From an uncultured Gemmataceae bacterium (lineage in GTDB: Bacteria > Planctomycetota > Planctomycetia > Gemmatales > Gemmataceae): a stretch of 64,000 nt of DNA. The stretch lies in assembly GCA_963750165.1 (NCBI GenBank), contig CAVVPN010000012.1, positions 736,001 to 800,000 on the forward strand, read 5' to 3'. The notes under the pieces were generated by a model that ran no database searches, was not told the DNA's origin, and worked only from the letters and a program-made list of their open reading frames with translations. Positions 20,389 through 32,000 of this stretch are shown here, piece after piece. Numbering within the stretch: position 1 is the first letter of the stretch; each line of letters opens with the position of its first letter. The position numbers and the translations under genes are program-made.

Positions 20389-23129
20389 ATGGCGATCCGG
20401 CTTCTGCTCGTCTGCTCTGTGTTTGTGGTACCAACGGTCCTCACGTCGCGCAGTCTGGCCCAGGCGCCCGACAGGCCCGCCACGCCGCGGCTCGACGCCG
20501 ACGGTCAACCGCTGCCGCCCGGTGCCCTGGTCCGCATCGGCTCGACGCGCTTCCGCCACAAGCAGCCGGTGTCGTACCTCGGCTTCGCCGGCGACCGGTA
20601 CAAACTCCTGGCCCTCTCCGGCGGGGAGATACGGCTCTGGAACCTGGACACGGGCAAGGCCCTCTGGCGGAAGCTGACGCCAGCCGTCGGCGACGCGCGG
20701 TTTGAACGCCGTTACTTCGGCCGAACCGCGGAGCTGGTGCTGTCCCAGGATGGCAGGACGGTCGCCTGGTGGGTCGGCGACCAGCTGAAATTCCACGACG
20801 CGACCACCGGCAAGGAAATCGCCAGCGTGGCCCAGAAAAAGCTGGCCGAGGATCTGAAGGCTGACGCAAGCGAACTGCGGGACGCGGAGTTTCAACTCTC
20901 CGCCGACGGTCAGTTCGTGGTCGTGTCCGACAGCGCCGAATTATTCCGCAAAGGCCGCGGTCAGGGCCGCAAGGTCGGTGTCTGGCGGGCCGACACTGGC
21001 GCCCTCGTGCGCGTGATCGACATGGGCGAGAAGAAGTCCCTGGTAGCGCTGGCCCTGGCCGGCGACGGCCAGAGCCTGGCGACGGTGGAAGAAAGTGCGG
21101 GCAAGGACGAGAAGGAGAGCCGGCAGACGGTGCGCCTGTGGAACCTGGCCACGGGCAAGGAGGTGAAGTCGTTTTCCTCGCCCGTGGAGCGGCCGAGCCA
21201 CCTCCGCTTCCTGCCGGGCGGCAAGGCGCTGGTGGCGCTGGATCGCGGCGGTGAGTCGGTCCATCTGGTGGACACGGCCACCGGCAAGGAGCAGCGGCGC
21301 TTCCTGTCCCGCGGCGAACTGCAGCGTGTGCTGATGTCGGCGGACGGCAAGCGCCTGGCGGCGGTGACTCATGACAGCGTCTGGGTCTGGGAGACCGCCG
21401 CGGGCAAGGAACTGCTGCGCGTGCCGGCCGTCACCGTGGACCGCGGCGAACTGGCGGCGGCACTGTCCGCGGACGGCAAGCGGCTGGCGGTCGCAGTCGG
21501 CGTCAGTTTTCGGCTGTGGGACGTGGACACAGGCAAGGCCGTGCGCATGGACGAGGGCCACGTGGACGGGGTGGCGTCCCTGGCCTTCGCGCCGCGGGGC
21601 GGCCAGTTGTTGACGGCGGCGCCGCACGGGGCGCTGCTGCTGTGGGAGGCGAAGTCGGGCCGGCTGGTGCGGAGTTTCGCGTTCGCGCCGGCCGGGGTGC
21701 CCGAGGGAGGCGCTGCGCAACTTCACCAATGTACCGTGGAAGACGAACACCATTCAGGCGGCGTTCACGCCGGACGGCAAGACGGTCCTGGGCCTGGAAC
21801 TGGGCGGGGCGCTGCAGCGCTGGGACGCGGCCACGAGCAAGGCGCTGCCGTGGGCGGTGGCGTCGCGGAAGTACCTGACCTCCTTCGCCATCGCGCCGGA
21901 CGGCAAGCATGTCGCCGTGGCCGGCCTCGGCGGAATGCAGCTGCTGCAGGCGGCGACCGGCAAGGAGACGCGGCAGTTCCTCGCGGGCACCGTGCCGGAG
22001 AAGGACGGGCCGGGGCCAGGCGACTTCCAGTTCATCACCACGGCGTTCTCACCGGACGGCAGGCTGCTGTTCGCCACCCAGCTGAGCGTGGAACAGGGCA
22101 GGCGGGGGCCGGACGCGGGCATGGCCTCGACGTATCACGGTTTCGAGGTGTTCACCGGCCAGCGGCGCCTCCGCGCTGAGACGAAGATCAACCTGGAGGC
22201 CCTCATGGGAGGGGGTGGCGAACAGATGCTTGAGATGATGTCGGCGGTGTACGACATGATGGTGGTTGGCGTGGCGATGGCGCCGGATGGCCGGCACCTG
22301 GCGACCGCGGGTCTGACGAGCGTCAAGGTCTGGGACGTGGTCCGGGGTCGGGAGCTGCGCGTCCTGGCCGGCCGTGGCGTGGTGCCGATGACGGTGACGT
22401 TCTCGCCGGACGGCAAGCTGCTGCTGGTGGGCCGGCTGGACGGCAGCATCCGGCTGTGGGATGTGGCGACGGCGACGGTGCTGGGCGACCTGCCGCTGCA
22501 CGGCTCGACGGTGACGGCGCTGGCGTTTTCGCCCGACGGCAAGACGCTGGCATCGGGCTCCGCGGACACGACCGTGCTGCTGTGGGACTGGGCGGCCCTG
22601 CGGCAGCGGCTGACGGCAGTGTCGGCCGCCGCGGCGCCGGAAGCGCTGTGGCAGGCGCTGGCGGATGAGGAGGGGGAAAAGGTGCGTGACGCCCTGGCGA
22701 CGCTGGTGGCGGCGCCGGGGCCGGCGGTGGACTTGCTGCGCGCGCGGATGAAGCCGGTGCCGCCGGTGGACCCGGCGCGCGTGGCAAAATTGCTGGCGGA
22801 CCTGGACAGCAAGCAGTTCGCGGTGCGCCAGGCGGCGACGAAGGAACTGGAAAAGCTCGGCGACCTGGCCGGGCCGGCGATCCACCAGCAGCTGGCGGGC
22901 AAACCGTCGCCGGAGGCCCGGCAGCGGTTGGAGACGCTGCGCGACCGGCTCGACGGCACGGCGCCGACAGCGCAACTGCGGCGCGAGGTGCGGGGGGTGG
23001 AGGCACTGGAGCGGATCGGCACGCCGGAGGCGCGGGAGCTGCTGGAGGCACTGGCGCGGGGCGGCGGGGCACCGGCTGACGGCGGAGGCGGCGGAGGCGG
23101 TGCGGCGGCTGAAGAAGGGGACGCCGTGA
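20389..23129 (+). CDS. Secreted WD40 beta-propeller protein with C-terminal HEAT-like helical domain (frameshifts near 21705 and 23063)
   Basis: DADGQPLPPGALVRIGSTRFRH start typical of planctomycete WD40s; VTALAFSPDGKTLASGSADTTVLLWD; VEALERIGTPEARELLEALA. Confidence 0.85.
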
Positions 23130-23257
23130 CCGGATCCGGTTTTTTCGGATTCGTTTCCGGATTCCTTTTCGTGCCCTGAAAATGCCGAGAAGTACTCCTC
23201 GGTGCCAGGAACCGATTTTCAGTCAACGGTTGCGCGAAGGGGCAGAAGAAGGCTCGC

Positions 23258-23386
23258 ATGTCCGCCGATTACGACAGCCCGTGGAAGGACCTGATTGACT
23301 GGTTGATGGAACTGCCGCGGACGTTAGCGCGCGTTGCGTTCGGGTGTTGCGGGTTCTTCGCCCCAAAGGGGGGCGGGACAACTTAG
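23258..23386 (+). pseudogene. Internally deleted remnant or mini-gene of an Rpn/Transposase_31-like (DYDSPWK) protein
   Basis: Manual translation MSADYDSPWKDLIDWLMELPRTL... (42 aa, below the ORF-track cutoff), preceded by AAGAAGG. Confidence 0.55.
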
Positions 23387-23545
23387 CCCAGGGCAACGCC
23401 CTGGGGACGCCTTCCGTGCCCTGAAGGGGCACCACAAGCGTCGTTGTGGTGCCCCTTCAGGGCACGGAAGGAAGCGGGGTAACAGTCCCTCCCTGGTTCC
23501 CAGGGCGTTGCCCTGGGCTAAGTTGTCCCGCCCCTTCGGGGCGAA
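23357..23545. repeat. Large nested palindromic REP/BIME-like element
   Basis: Outer arms GCGGGACAACTTAGCCCAGGGCAACGCCCTGGG and its reverse complement; inner hairpin CCTTCCGTGCCCTGAAGGGGCACCACAA/TTGTGGTGCCCCTTCAGGGCACGGAAGG. Confidence 0.9.
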
Positions 23546-23639
23546 AGACATGACCGCTACAGTCGTCTGCGAACCGCTCCAGGCGACGCCCGTGTCATTC
23601 GCCGCGGGACAATGCTTGCACTCGAACACCGGTTCCCGA

Positions 23640-23698
23640 TCGGAGCCCGAGCGCCAGCGCGGGGTAGCGCTACCCCGTGCTGGCGCTCGGGCTCCGAC
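23640..23698. repeat. REP-like hairpin downstream of the EF-hand gene
   Basis: TCGGAGCCCGAGCGCCAGCGCGGGGTAGC/GCTACCCCGTGCTGGCGCTCGGGCTCCGA. Confidence 0.8.
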
Positions 23699-23711
23699 CA
23701 GCCACGAACAT

Positions 23712-24131
23712 TCATGGCGCTCCTGTATCAGGGGGGCCGCCAGCGCTGTCTTTTTTCCCCGGTCCCTTCCCGGGGCCCTTGCCAAATCCTTTCTTCCCCT
23801 TGGGCCCTTTCCCCCCGGGGCCGAATCCGCCACCGCCGAATTGCGACTCCCTGGTGAACAGCTCCGTCAGTTCGTCACGGGTGACCACACCGTCCTTGTT
23901 GGCGTCGGCGCGGTCGAACAGGCGGTGCAGCCGCTCGTCGGTCACCTCGGCCTTTGTCAACTTGCCGTCCTTGTTCTTGTCGAACGCCATCATCTGGGTA
24001 ACCGTGGCTTCCACGTCAAAGCCCTTGCCCTTGCCCTTTTTGCCCTTGCCGCCTCCGGGGGGCTGACCCGGTGCGACCGAGACGGCGAGCAGGCAGCACG
24101 CCGCCAACGTGAGCATGATCCCGATTCGCAC
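23712..24131 (-). CDS. Secreted EF-hand protein
   Basis: Signal peptide; DKNKDGKLTKAE and DANKDGVVTRDE loops; Gly/Lys-rich flanks. Confidence 0.9.
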   Translation of the reverse strand: MRIGIMLTLAACCLLAVSVAPGQPPGGGKGKKGKGKGFDVEATVTQMMAFDKNKDGKLTKAEVTDERLHRLFDRADANKDGVVTRDELTELFTRESQFGGGGFGPGGKGPKGKKGFGKGPGKGPGKKDSAGGPPDTGAP

Positions 24132-24181
24132 GATGCTGATCCTCCAGTCGAATGAGTGTCATCCAGTAATGTTGGGTGCGA

Positions 24182-24862
24182 TTAACTCTCGGCGGGGGTG
24201 CGGCCGAGGACGATGTCGAAGCGGGCCGTCTGCTCGCCCAGACGGGAGCCGGGCAGCGGTCGGAAGTCGGCCTGCACCAGCTCCCGGGCGATGGGGTTGC
24301 CAGATTCCAGGAAGATGCCGTCGCGGTTGTTCTGCGCGTGGCCGGCGATGAACAATTGCGTGGTCAGCAGCTCGCGGTTGCTCTGCTTGAGTTTGAAGTG
24401 GATGTGCGGCGTTCGCCCCGGGTACGGCACTGGCCGGATCGTGCGGAAGTAGTACTCGCCGCTGGTGCCGGTCAGGAAGCGGCCATAGCCCTGGAAGTTG
24501 GCGTCCCGCTGACCACCGCCCCCGCCGCCGCCGACGTGGTGGTAGACGCCGCGGGCGTCGCACTGCCAGATCTCGACCAGCACGTTGCGCAGCGGCGAAC
24601 CGCTGGCGCTCCGGATGCGGCCGCTGACGTGGGCGATGGTGCCGACCGCCGGCGTGAGGTTGTTGTTGATGACGATCAAATCGTTGTCGGTGTCGAGCGG
24701 CAGCTGCCGCGGGTAAAACGGCCCCTCGGTCAGGGGCGGGGTGCTGGCGAGTTGGTCGGCGAAGGCTCCGGGGACGAACGCCCCGAACGCCCCCAGGGTC
24801 GCCAGGGCCGCACCACCTTGCAAAAAGCGGCGTCGGCTCGGCTGCTGATCCATCGGTCTCAT
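24182..24862 (-). CDS. Tat-exported intradiol ring-cleavage dioxygenase family protein
   Basis: SRRRFL Tat motif; TEGPFY, VEIWQCDARGVY, FRTIRPVPY, RTPHIH. Confidence 0.9.
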   Translation of the reverse strand: MRPMDQQPSRRRFLQGGAALATLGAFGAFVPGAFADQLASTPPLTEGPFYPRQLPLDTDNDLIVINNNLTPAVGTIAHVSGRIRSASGSPLRNVLVEIWQCDARGVYHHVGGGGGGGQRDANFQGYGRFLTGTSGEYYFRTIRPVPYPGRTPHIHFKLKQSNRELLTTQLFIAGHAQNNRDGIFLESGNPIARELVQADFRPLPGSRLGEQTARFDIVLGRTPAES

Positions 24863-25123
24863 CACACAATCTCCCTTAAAAAGGACAATCTGACACTCCC
24901 CGGACGATCGATCCAGTCTCCCACCTTTTTGTGCTGCAACCCCTCCCACCCGTATAGATGCCCTGGTGGAACATTCCCGCGCGCAGGAACGCACTTTCGC
25001 CCGGCAGGTCTCCCGATCTGGGATGATTCACCACAGAGAACGCGGAGGGCGCGGAGAGAAGATCGAGGAATTGATTTACAGATGACACCGAGGGCCACCG
25101 ACACGACACGCCGGCGCGCCCCG

Positions 25124-26156
25124 TCACACCGGGAGCGGATTCCGCTCCGCGAAGCCGCGCTGGTGCCAGTACGGATAGGCGGGCGTCGTGGCGCTGGCGG
25201 CGTCGAGGCGGGCCACCTGCTCGGGCGTCAGGTTCCAGCCGACGGCGCCGAGGTTCTGCCGCAACTGCTCCTCGTTGCGGGCGCCGATGATGACGGTGGC
25301 CACGGTCGGCCGCTGCAGCAGCCAGTTCAGCGCCACCTGCGGCACCGTCTTGCCTGACTCCTGCGCAACCGCTTCGAGAGCGTCCACCACGCGGTACAGA
25401 TACTCGTCATGCACCTGCGGCCCGATGTCCACCACCTTCTGGCTTTGCAGCCGGCTGGTCGCAGGCAACGGCTGGCCGCGGCGGATCTTGCCCGTCAGCC
25501 GGCCCCAGCCAAGCGGGCTCCAGACCACCGCGCTCACCTGCTGGTCCAGGCCCAGTGGCATCAGTTCCCACTCGTAGTCGCGGCCGATCAGGGAGTAGTA
25601 CGCCTGGTGGGCGACATACCGCGCCAGGCCGTAGCGCTCGGAGACCGCCAGCGACTTCATCAGGTGCCAGCCCGAGAAGTTCGAGCAGCCGATGTACAGA
25701 ATCTTGCCGTGCGCGCACCAGGTCGTCGAGCGTGTGCAGCACCTCCGGGATGGGTGTGCGGGCATCGAAACCGTGCAGCTGGTACAGGTCGATGTGGTCG
25801 GTGCCGAGCCGGCGCAGGCTGCCCTCGACGGCACGAGTGAGGTGGTAGCGCGATGAACCGACATCGTTGGGGCCGGGGCCGGTGCGGAAGGTGCCTTTGG
25901 TGGAAATGAGCACGCGGTCGCGGCGGCTCTTGAGCGCCTGCCCCAGAATATCCTCGGCCAGGCCACCAGAGTAAATGTCGGCGGAATCGAAGAGCGTCAG
26001 GCCGGCGTCGAGGCAGATGTCCACGAGGCGCGTCGCCCCGGCCACATCGGTGGCGCCCCACGCCTTGAAGAACTCGTTGCCGCCGCCGAAGGTGCCGGTG
26101 CCCAGGCTCAGCACCGGCACCACGAACCCTGAGCCGCCCAGTTGCCGGTATTCCAC
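25124..26156 (-). CDS. Aldo/keto reductase (frameshift near 25712)
   Basis: EYRQLGGSG..LSLGT, FDSADIYS, SLRRLGTDHIDLYQLH, then GKILYIGCSNF, WSPLG.GRLTGK, QVALNWLL. Confidence 0.9.
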
Positions 26157-26679
26157 GGTCACCCCCTCTTGTGCATCGTCCAATTGGATGGGAACTGGGC
26201 CGCCGACGGCCGGCAGGACGCCGCCCCGTCGAGGCCCAGACCACAGGCTCGATTCTACCCGGGGCGGCTACCGGCAGCCAGGGTTGGGGCGTCAGGTCGA
26301 TCGTCAGCGCACGCCCGTTCTGTGGAATCGGCGGGACGCACTGCATGGTGAAAATTTGAGGAATGAGAAAATGGTAACGGCTGGGGGGCGAATGTCAATC
26401 ATAGAATGCTGGGAAAGTGCGTGATCGACGGCGGAAACCGGTGGACACTATGTTACGGTTTGTTACAATCTTCCTTGAACGAATTGCCTGCCTTGATCGT
26501 CTTGTTAGTGGTGACGCCCACACCACCCGGGGCAGGGATCCAAAAGATTCCCTGCCACACTGCCATCGAAACCCGCCAACCGCCCGTGTCGTCATCGGAA
26601 CGGAACCCACTCAATCGTCAGAACCGCTGGGCCGCGGAACGGCCCCAGCCCAGGAAGCGTTGCCTTCACAGGTGCCGTC

Positions 26680-28023
26680 ATGCAACAAACCAGCGTCAAC
26701 CGCCAGACCTTCCTGAGCCGGGTCCGCCAGAGCGGCCTGATGTCGGTTCAGGAAATCCGCGACGCCCTGCCTGGTCTGCCAAACACCGACCGCGGCAAGG
26801 CGGTGGCGCGCGCCCTCGTCGAGCAGGGCCGGCTCACCAAATTTCAGGCGGAACTGCTCCTCGCCGGTCGGGTCTCGGGCTTTTTCTTAGGCCAGTACAG
26901 GATTCTGGAGCAGATCGGTCAGGGCGGCATGGGTCGCGTCTTCAAGGCCGTCCACCAGACGATGCACCGCACGGTCGCCATCAAGGTGCTGGCGCCGCAG
27001 CATACCCGCACCGAGAAGGCCCGCCAGCTGTTCCAGCGCGAGATGCGCGCCGCCGGCCAGCTGCTGCACTCGAACATCGTCACCGCCTATGACGCCAACG
27101 AGAGCGATGGCCGGCTCTACCTGGTGATGGAGTATGTGGACGGCCCGAACCTCGAACAGCTGGTGCGCGAGCGTGGGCCGCTGCCGGTCGGCCTGGCCTG
27201 CGAGATCATCCGTCAGGCGGCGCTGGGCTTGCAGTGCGCTCACGAGCACGGCATGGTCCACCGCGACATCAAGCCGAGCAACCTGCTGCTGCAACGGCCG
27301 CAGGGTGCGTCCGGGCCGTGCGTGGTCAAAATCCTGGACTTCGGCCTGGCCCGCCTGTCCGACCAGTTGCCGAACGTCCCGGGCGTCATGGGCAGCATCG
27401 CGGTGGCGGACAACTGCGTCATGGGCACCCCCGACTACCTCTCGCCCGAGCAGTCGCGCAGCGTGCATCAGGTGGACATCCGCTCGGACCTGTACAGCCT
27501 GGGCTGCACGCTGTACTTCCTGCTGACCGGCCGGGTGCCGTTCCCGGGCGGCAACAGCCTGGACAAGCTGATTCGCCACGGCTCCGAGGAGGCGCCGCCG
27601 CCAGACGTGCTGCGGCCGGAGGTGCCGCTGGTGGTGTCGGCGGTCGTGCGGCGGCTGATGACCAAGAACCCCGACGACCGCTTCCAGAAGCCCACAGACC
27701 TGGCCGCGGCGCTGACGCACCTGGCGCAGAACCTGTCGTGGTCGGTGGTGGCGCCGCGGTTGGCGGCGGCGGGGGTGGAGGACACAGGACTGCGGCACGA
27801 CACGCGCGGCCTGGAGTTTCTGGAGGACGGCACTGGCGAAGTGGCCGCGATCGGCAGCGCCCCGACGAAGACGTGGCCGCCCGATTCGGCGCCGACGGTG
27901 CCCGACGAACTGGAACTGCGACCGGCCGCGGCCAATCCTGGCTGGCTCGTCTGGCTGCTGGCGGTGCTGTGTACGCTGCTGGGGCTGACGGTGGTGGTGC
28001 TGCTGCTGTTGCTGCGGACCTGA
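26680..28023 (+). CDS. Hanks-type Ser/Thr protein kinase with C-terminal TM anchor
   Basis: IGQGGMGRV, VAIK, HRDIKPSN, DFGLAR, GTPDYLSPE, DLYSLG. Confidence 0.95.
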   Translation: MQQTSVNRQTFLSRVRQSGLMSVQEIRDALPGLPNTDRGKAVARALVEQGRLTKFQAELLLAGRVSGFFLGQYRILEQIGQGGMGRVFKAVHQTMHRTVAIKVLAPQHTRTEKARQLFQREMRAAGQLLHSNIVTAYDANESDGRLYLVMEYVDGPNLEQLVRERGPLPVGLACEIIRQAALGLQCAHEHGMVHRDIKPSNLLLQRPQGASGPCVVKILDFGLARLSDQLPNVPGVMGSIAVADNCVMGTPDYLSPEQSRSVHQVDIRSDLYSLGCTLYFLLTGRVPFPGGNSLDKLIRHGSEEAPPPDVLRPEVPLVVSAVVRRLMTKNPDDRFQKPTDLAAALTHLAQNLSWSVVAPRLAAAGVEDTGLRHDTRGLEFLEDGTGEVAAIGSAPTKTWPPDSAPTVPDELELRPAAANPGWLVWLLAVLCTLLGLTVVVLLLLLRT

Positions 28024-28032
28024 AACCACGCG

Positions 28033-28278
28033 CTAATCGTCGGGCTTCACCTCCCGGTCCTGCTTTTCATCCGGCTTCGCCGGCGCCTGGTCGTGAATCT
28101 CAACATGGTTATGGGCGAAGAAAAAGCCGATGGCCCAGACGCGCACATTGCGACCGTCAGACGATTTGCCGTTCGGCTCAACACCCAGCAGCGCCAGGAC
28201 CAGCTGCGGAACGGTGAGGATCAGGATGGCGCCGACGACGCCCCAGAACCAGCCCTTTTTCCAGAGTCCCTTGCCCAT
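28033..28278 (-). CDS. Small membrane protein, hypothetical
   Basis: Hydrophobic N-terminal segment; starts 15 bp after the DCC1 gene stop on the same strand. Confidence 0.55.
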   Translation of the reverse strand: MGKGLWKKGWFWGVVGAILILTVPQLVLALLGVEPNGKSSDGRNVRVWAIGFFFAHNHVEIHDQAPAKPDEKQDREVKPDD

Positions 28279-28293
28279 GTCGGTGTCCCCCCA

Positions 28294-28752
28294 TCACAGA
28301 AAGCGTTTGCGCGTCTCGGGCGTGGGCACCCAGCAGCTCTCGTGCTTGCCGAACAGGCGGTAGCGGTTCAGGGCGACCCGGTCGTAGAACCAGTCGCGGA
28401 AGGCCGCCGGCAGGATCAGGAAGAGAGCCAGCCACGACCACGGCGGCGCGAAGTAGCGCGCCACGCGCAGGACGGCACTGGATTTCGTGTACGCCCGGCC
28501 CTGCTCCACAAACATCATGGTATCGAAGCGATCCGTCGGCAGGCCAGCCCAGCGCAACAGGGCCTGGCCGGCCGGCGACTGGATCGACGTCAACCGCAGC
28601 CGCCCGCGCGGGTCGTGGGCGATGACGAACTGCACCAGGCGGTTGCACAGGTTGCAGACGCCATCGAAGAGCACAACCGGCTCGTCCGGGCGGACAAGCG
28701 GCGGCACCGTGGCTCTGCCGTTTCGCGTTGCGGTGTCCATCATGTCAGCCAC
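28294..28752 (-). CDS. DCC1-like thiol-disulfide oxidoreductase (DUF393)
   Basis: VLFDGVCNLC and RDWFYDRVALNRYRLFGK motifs. Confidence 0.9.
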   Translation of the reverse strand: MADMMDTATRNGRATVPPLVRPDEPVVLFDGVCNLCNRLVQFVIAHDPRGRLRLTSIQSPAGQALLRWAGLPTDRFDTMMFVEQGRAYTKSSAVLRVARYFAPPWSWLALFLILPAAFRDWFYDRVALNRYRLFGKHESCWVPTPETRKRFL

Positions 28753-28940
28753 CGATCTGTCCCGGGTTTGGCGACCTTCCTCCCTCTCCAGCGATCAACC
28801 GCCGCGCCCCGCGGTGGTTAACGGCCGCCCTGAACTGCTGGCGCCATGATACCACACTGGAAGGGCCTTGCCGAATGTGAGTGTCCGTGTACTGATCCCA
28901 GCGTGGCTAATGCCTCGGCAAGCGGCGACGAACAACAACG

Positions 28941-28988
28941 GACCCCGTTTACGTTTCGCGCGGTGCCGCGCGAAACGTAAACGGGGTC
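28941..28988. terminator. Long perfect hairpin (REP-like or terminator) downstream of the large minus-strand gene
   Basis: GACCCCGTTTACGTTTCGCGCGG-TG-CCGCGCGAAACGTAAACGGGGTC. Confidence 0.7.
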
Positions 28989-29028
28989 AACAGACGCCTC
29001 GCTGAACGATGTTCAATCACCAGGGCTG

Positions 29029-32000
29029 TCACCTGGACAGCGTCTTGAACGAATTAAAGAACGCCCGCGTCTCCGGTGAGGGATGGGTGGACCTGCTCCC
29101 GCTCACGCTCAAGATGTAGAGCCGGTCGTTTACCAGGTAGGCACGCAAGAAGATCAGGGTGGACTTGCCGTCACCCAGTTCCCACTCCCGCCCCGGGGGG
29201 TTACTCGATTTAGTGGCGCCCACCTTCATTTCAACGTTAAGCCGCTTGAACATTTGGTTGTACCCCGACTCGACCAGATTAAATACTGCGTCGGGCTTCA
29301 ACTTGGCCTTTTCCGGCGGCAGGGAAACTACCTCCACGTTGTAGCTCGGATTCAGTCCTCCGGTCGAAGCAGGAAAGTGAATCGGGGATTTTGCAATTCC
29401 CAGCCCCGCCTTGTTCAAGGTTTCCTTGGTCTGATCGTTCACCGTTTGCTCGGGTTTTACCGGCACAAGAACGCTAAAGCCCTGGGTTTCCTCCGTGAAC
29501 GTGATCCACCCCTTGGGAGCCTTCACCTCGGCCGGCTCCTTCTTCTCCAGCTCTTTCTTTTCCGGTTCCTTCTTCTCCTTCTCCTTCTTGACCGGCGGCG
29601 GCGGTGCCACCGACACGCCGCCCTTGGGCGGCGGCACCACCTTCGTCAACTCGTTGATGTCCAGTCCCTCCGGCAGCTTGTCCTTCACCGTCGCCAGCCG
29701 GCGGAACAGTTCGTCCTGCTTCGCCCGTTTGGCCGGGTCCGTTTCCGCCTTGACGTAGCGCACGGAGCTGTCGGCCATGAGCATGTACGTACCCTTGCCG
29801 CCACCCTCCGACGACAGGAACGGTTCCAGGCTGTTTTTCTCCGGGACATTGCGCACGGTGCTGCCGCCGCCGGCGATCCACGGCGTTGCGCCCGGCACGC
29901 CCTCGTACGGCACGCGCACCATCAGGATTGTGTTCGACAGGCCGCGGTTGTCCCGGATCAGCTTCAGCGGCGTCATGCGGTCGTTGCCGAAGACGCCCAG
30001 CTTATCTTCCAGGAGCACCGTCGCGGGGTCGCCCCAGGCGGCCTCGGCAGCGTCCGGGCCGATGCCCGCCAGGCCGACAAAGTGCGTCGCCGCCGTGCCC
30101 AGCGGCATGCCCGGCGGCCGGACGTACCGGCTCCGCACCGGATAGCTCGGGTCAATGAACTCCGGCACCAGCGTCTGGGCCGCCAGCCAGTTGGACGGGT
30201 CCTTCCACGACTGCTTGAAGTCGATCTGCGCGTGCAGCTCGTGCCAGCCGAGGTAGGGCAGCAACTCGGCCATCCAGCTAATGCGATACCTCGGCTCACG
30301 GCCGTAGCGCGGGCCATCGAGGCGACGCAGCGAGCCCGGCGGGAACTTGCCCGGTTCGCCGCTGCCCACCTTCAGGACTTGCTTGGTCAGACGGTCCTTG
30401 ATGACGCCGACTTTCAGGTCGTTCTCACCCAGTCGCTTGCCGGCGGCCGCCAGCCCGTAGACAATGTTGATCTCGTCCGGCCCCTTCTTCGCCGCCTCCA
30501 GCATACGGAAGCGGTCCACCGCCTCCGCCAGGGCCATGTCCGTCTTCAACCCGTACAGCAGCACCGACCACAGCGGCGCGAACTGCTTGCGGGTTTCCAC
30601 CTCGCTGAGCCACAATTCCAGCGTGAACTCAACGGCGTGACCGTTCTCCGTGACGAGGATGCGCGACCGCGGTTCTTCCTTCTTCGGTTTCTCCTTGTCC
30701 TTGTCGCCCGTGCCGGGCGGTTGGTTGCCGGGCGGCGGACGCCTGCCCTTGCCCGGACCCGGGCCGGGGCCGGGGCCGTTGGGGTTCGTGGTTCCGGGGC
30801 TCTTTTCGTCTTCCTTCTTCTCGATCAGCTCTTCCGGCACAGCGATCTTGTGCCCGCGCAGCAACTTGCCGTACAACTCCGCCACCTCGGGCGCCCGCTT
30901 CTTGTTCAAGGTCTCGAACAACGCCCTGGCGGTCTTGTCGCTGGAGCAGTCGAGATCGTTGACGTAAACCAGGACTTTTTTATCGTCGTCGTCCCGCTGG
31001 CGCACGGCCGTGCCCAGGACGTTGACGACGCGGCCGGACTCACCCAGCACGTCGCCCAGGTCCCACAGCAGACGCAACTGCCACTGAACGCGGCCCTGCA
31101 CGGTCCCCTGCTTGGCCAGGAGCGCCCGCGCCGCGTCCATGTCCACGGCGGACAGCACGATTGGCTGCCCCGCCTGCTCGCCGCTGCCCTTGAGGCGCTC
31201 CAGCATGTCCCGCAGTTTCGCGCTGAGTTTGCCGTAAGGAACCTCGATCTCAATCACCTGCGTTTTGGGTTCCTCCTTCTTCTCGCCGTCCTTGGCTTCG
31301 CCGCCGTCCGAGGGCCCCGGGGGGGCCTTGCCCTTGCCCGGGCCTTTGCCCTTGTCGGCGCCCGGCCTGCCCTTGTCCTTGCCCTTGCCCGGTCCTGGCG
31401 GTTGCTCGCTGCCCGTGCTGGCCTTGTCCTTGTCCTTATCCTTGACCTCCTCTTTCTTGACTTCCGTCTTCTTCGTGGGAATCTTGTCCTTGGTGTGCAG
31501 GAACTGCTGCATCACCGCTTTGGGGGCGAAGACCAGCGTGTGTCTGTCGTAGCGGTAGAGCTGCAACGGCTGCTCCCGGGCCGCCAGGCTCGGGTTGGCC
31601 GGGGTGTTGCGCAGGTACGCGGGGACGCCCAGCGCCAGCCGCGACAGCCCATCCACGTAGGCCCCGTTGCGCTGGACGGTGTAAGTCAGCAGTTGCTTGC
31701 CGCCCACGATGACCGGCGTCTTGTTCAGGTCCATCGCCTTGACCAGCGGGGCCAGGTCGTCCAGGGCGTCGGTCGTGTGCAGGACGGTGAACGTCCATTC
31801 GCCGCTAAAATTCTCGGCGCGGATCAACTCATCGACCGCGGACATCTTGAAGCCGACCTTGGCGAGGTATTCCGGGTCGCTCAGGATGCCGGCGTCGGTC
31901 GCCGCCTCGCCCTGCGGACTGTTCAGGTAGCGCTTGAAGAAGACGTGCTGCACGCTCTGGGTGTCGGCGGGCAGGAGGTTGGTCAGACGGATGTTGTCGC

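Noticed and set aside
24870..25120. Purine-rich CACCACAGAGAACGCGGAGGGCGCGGAG tract and short ORFs
   Set aside because: Resembles a dispersed repeat but is single-copy in this window; the ORFs lack motifs
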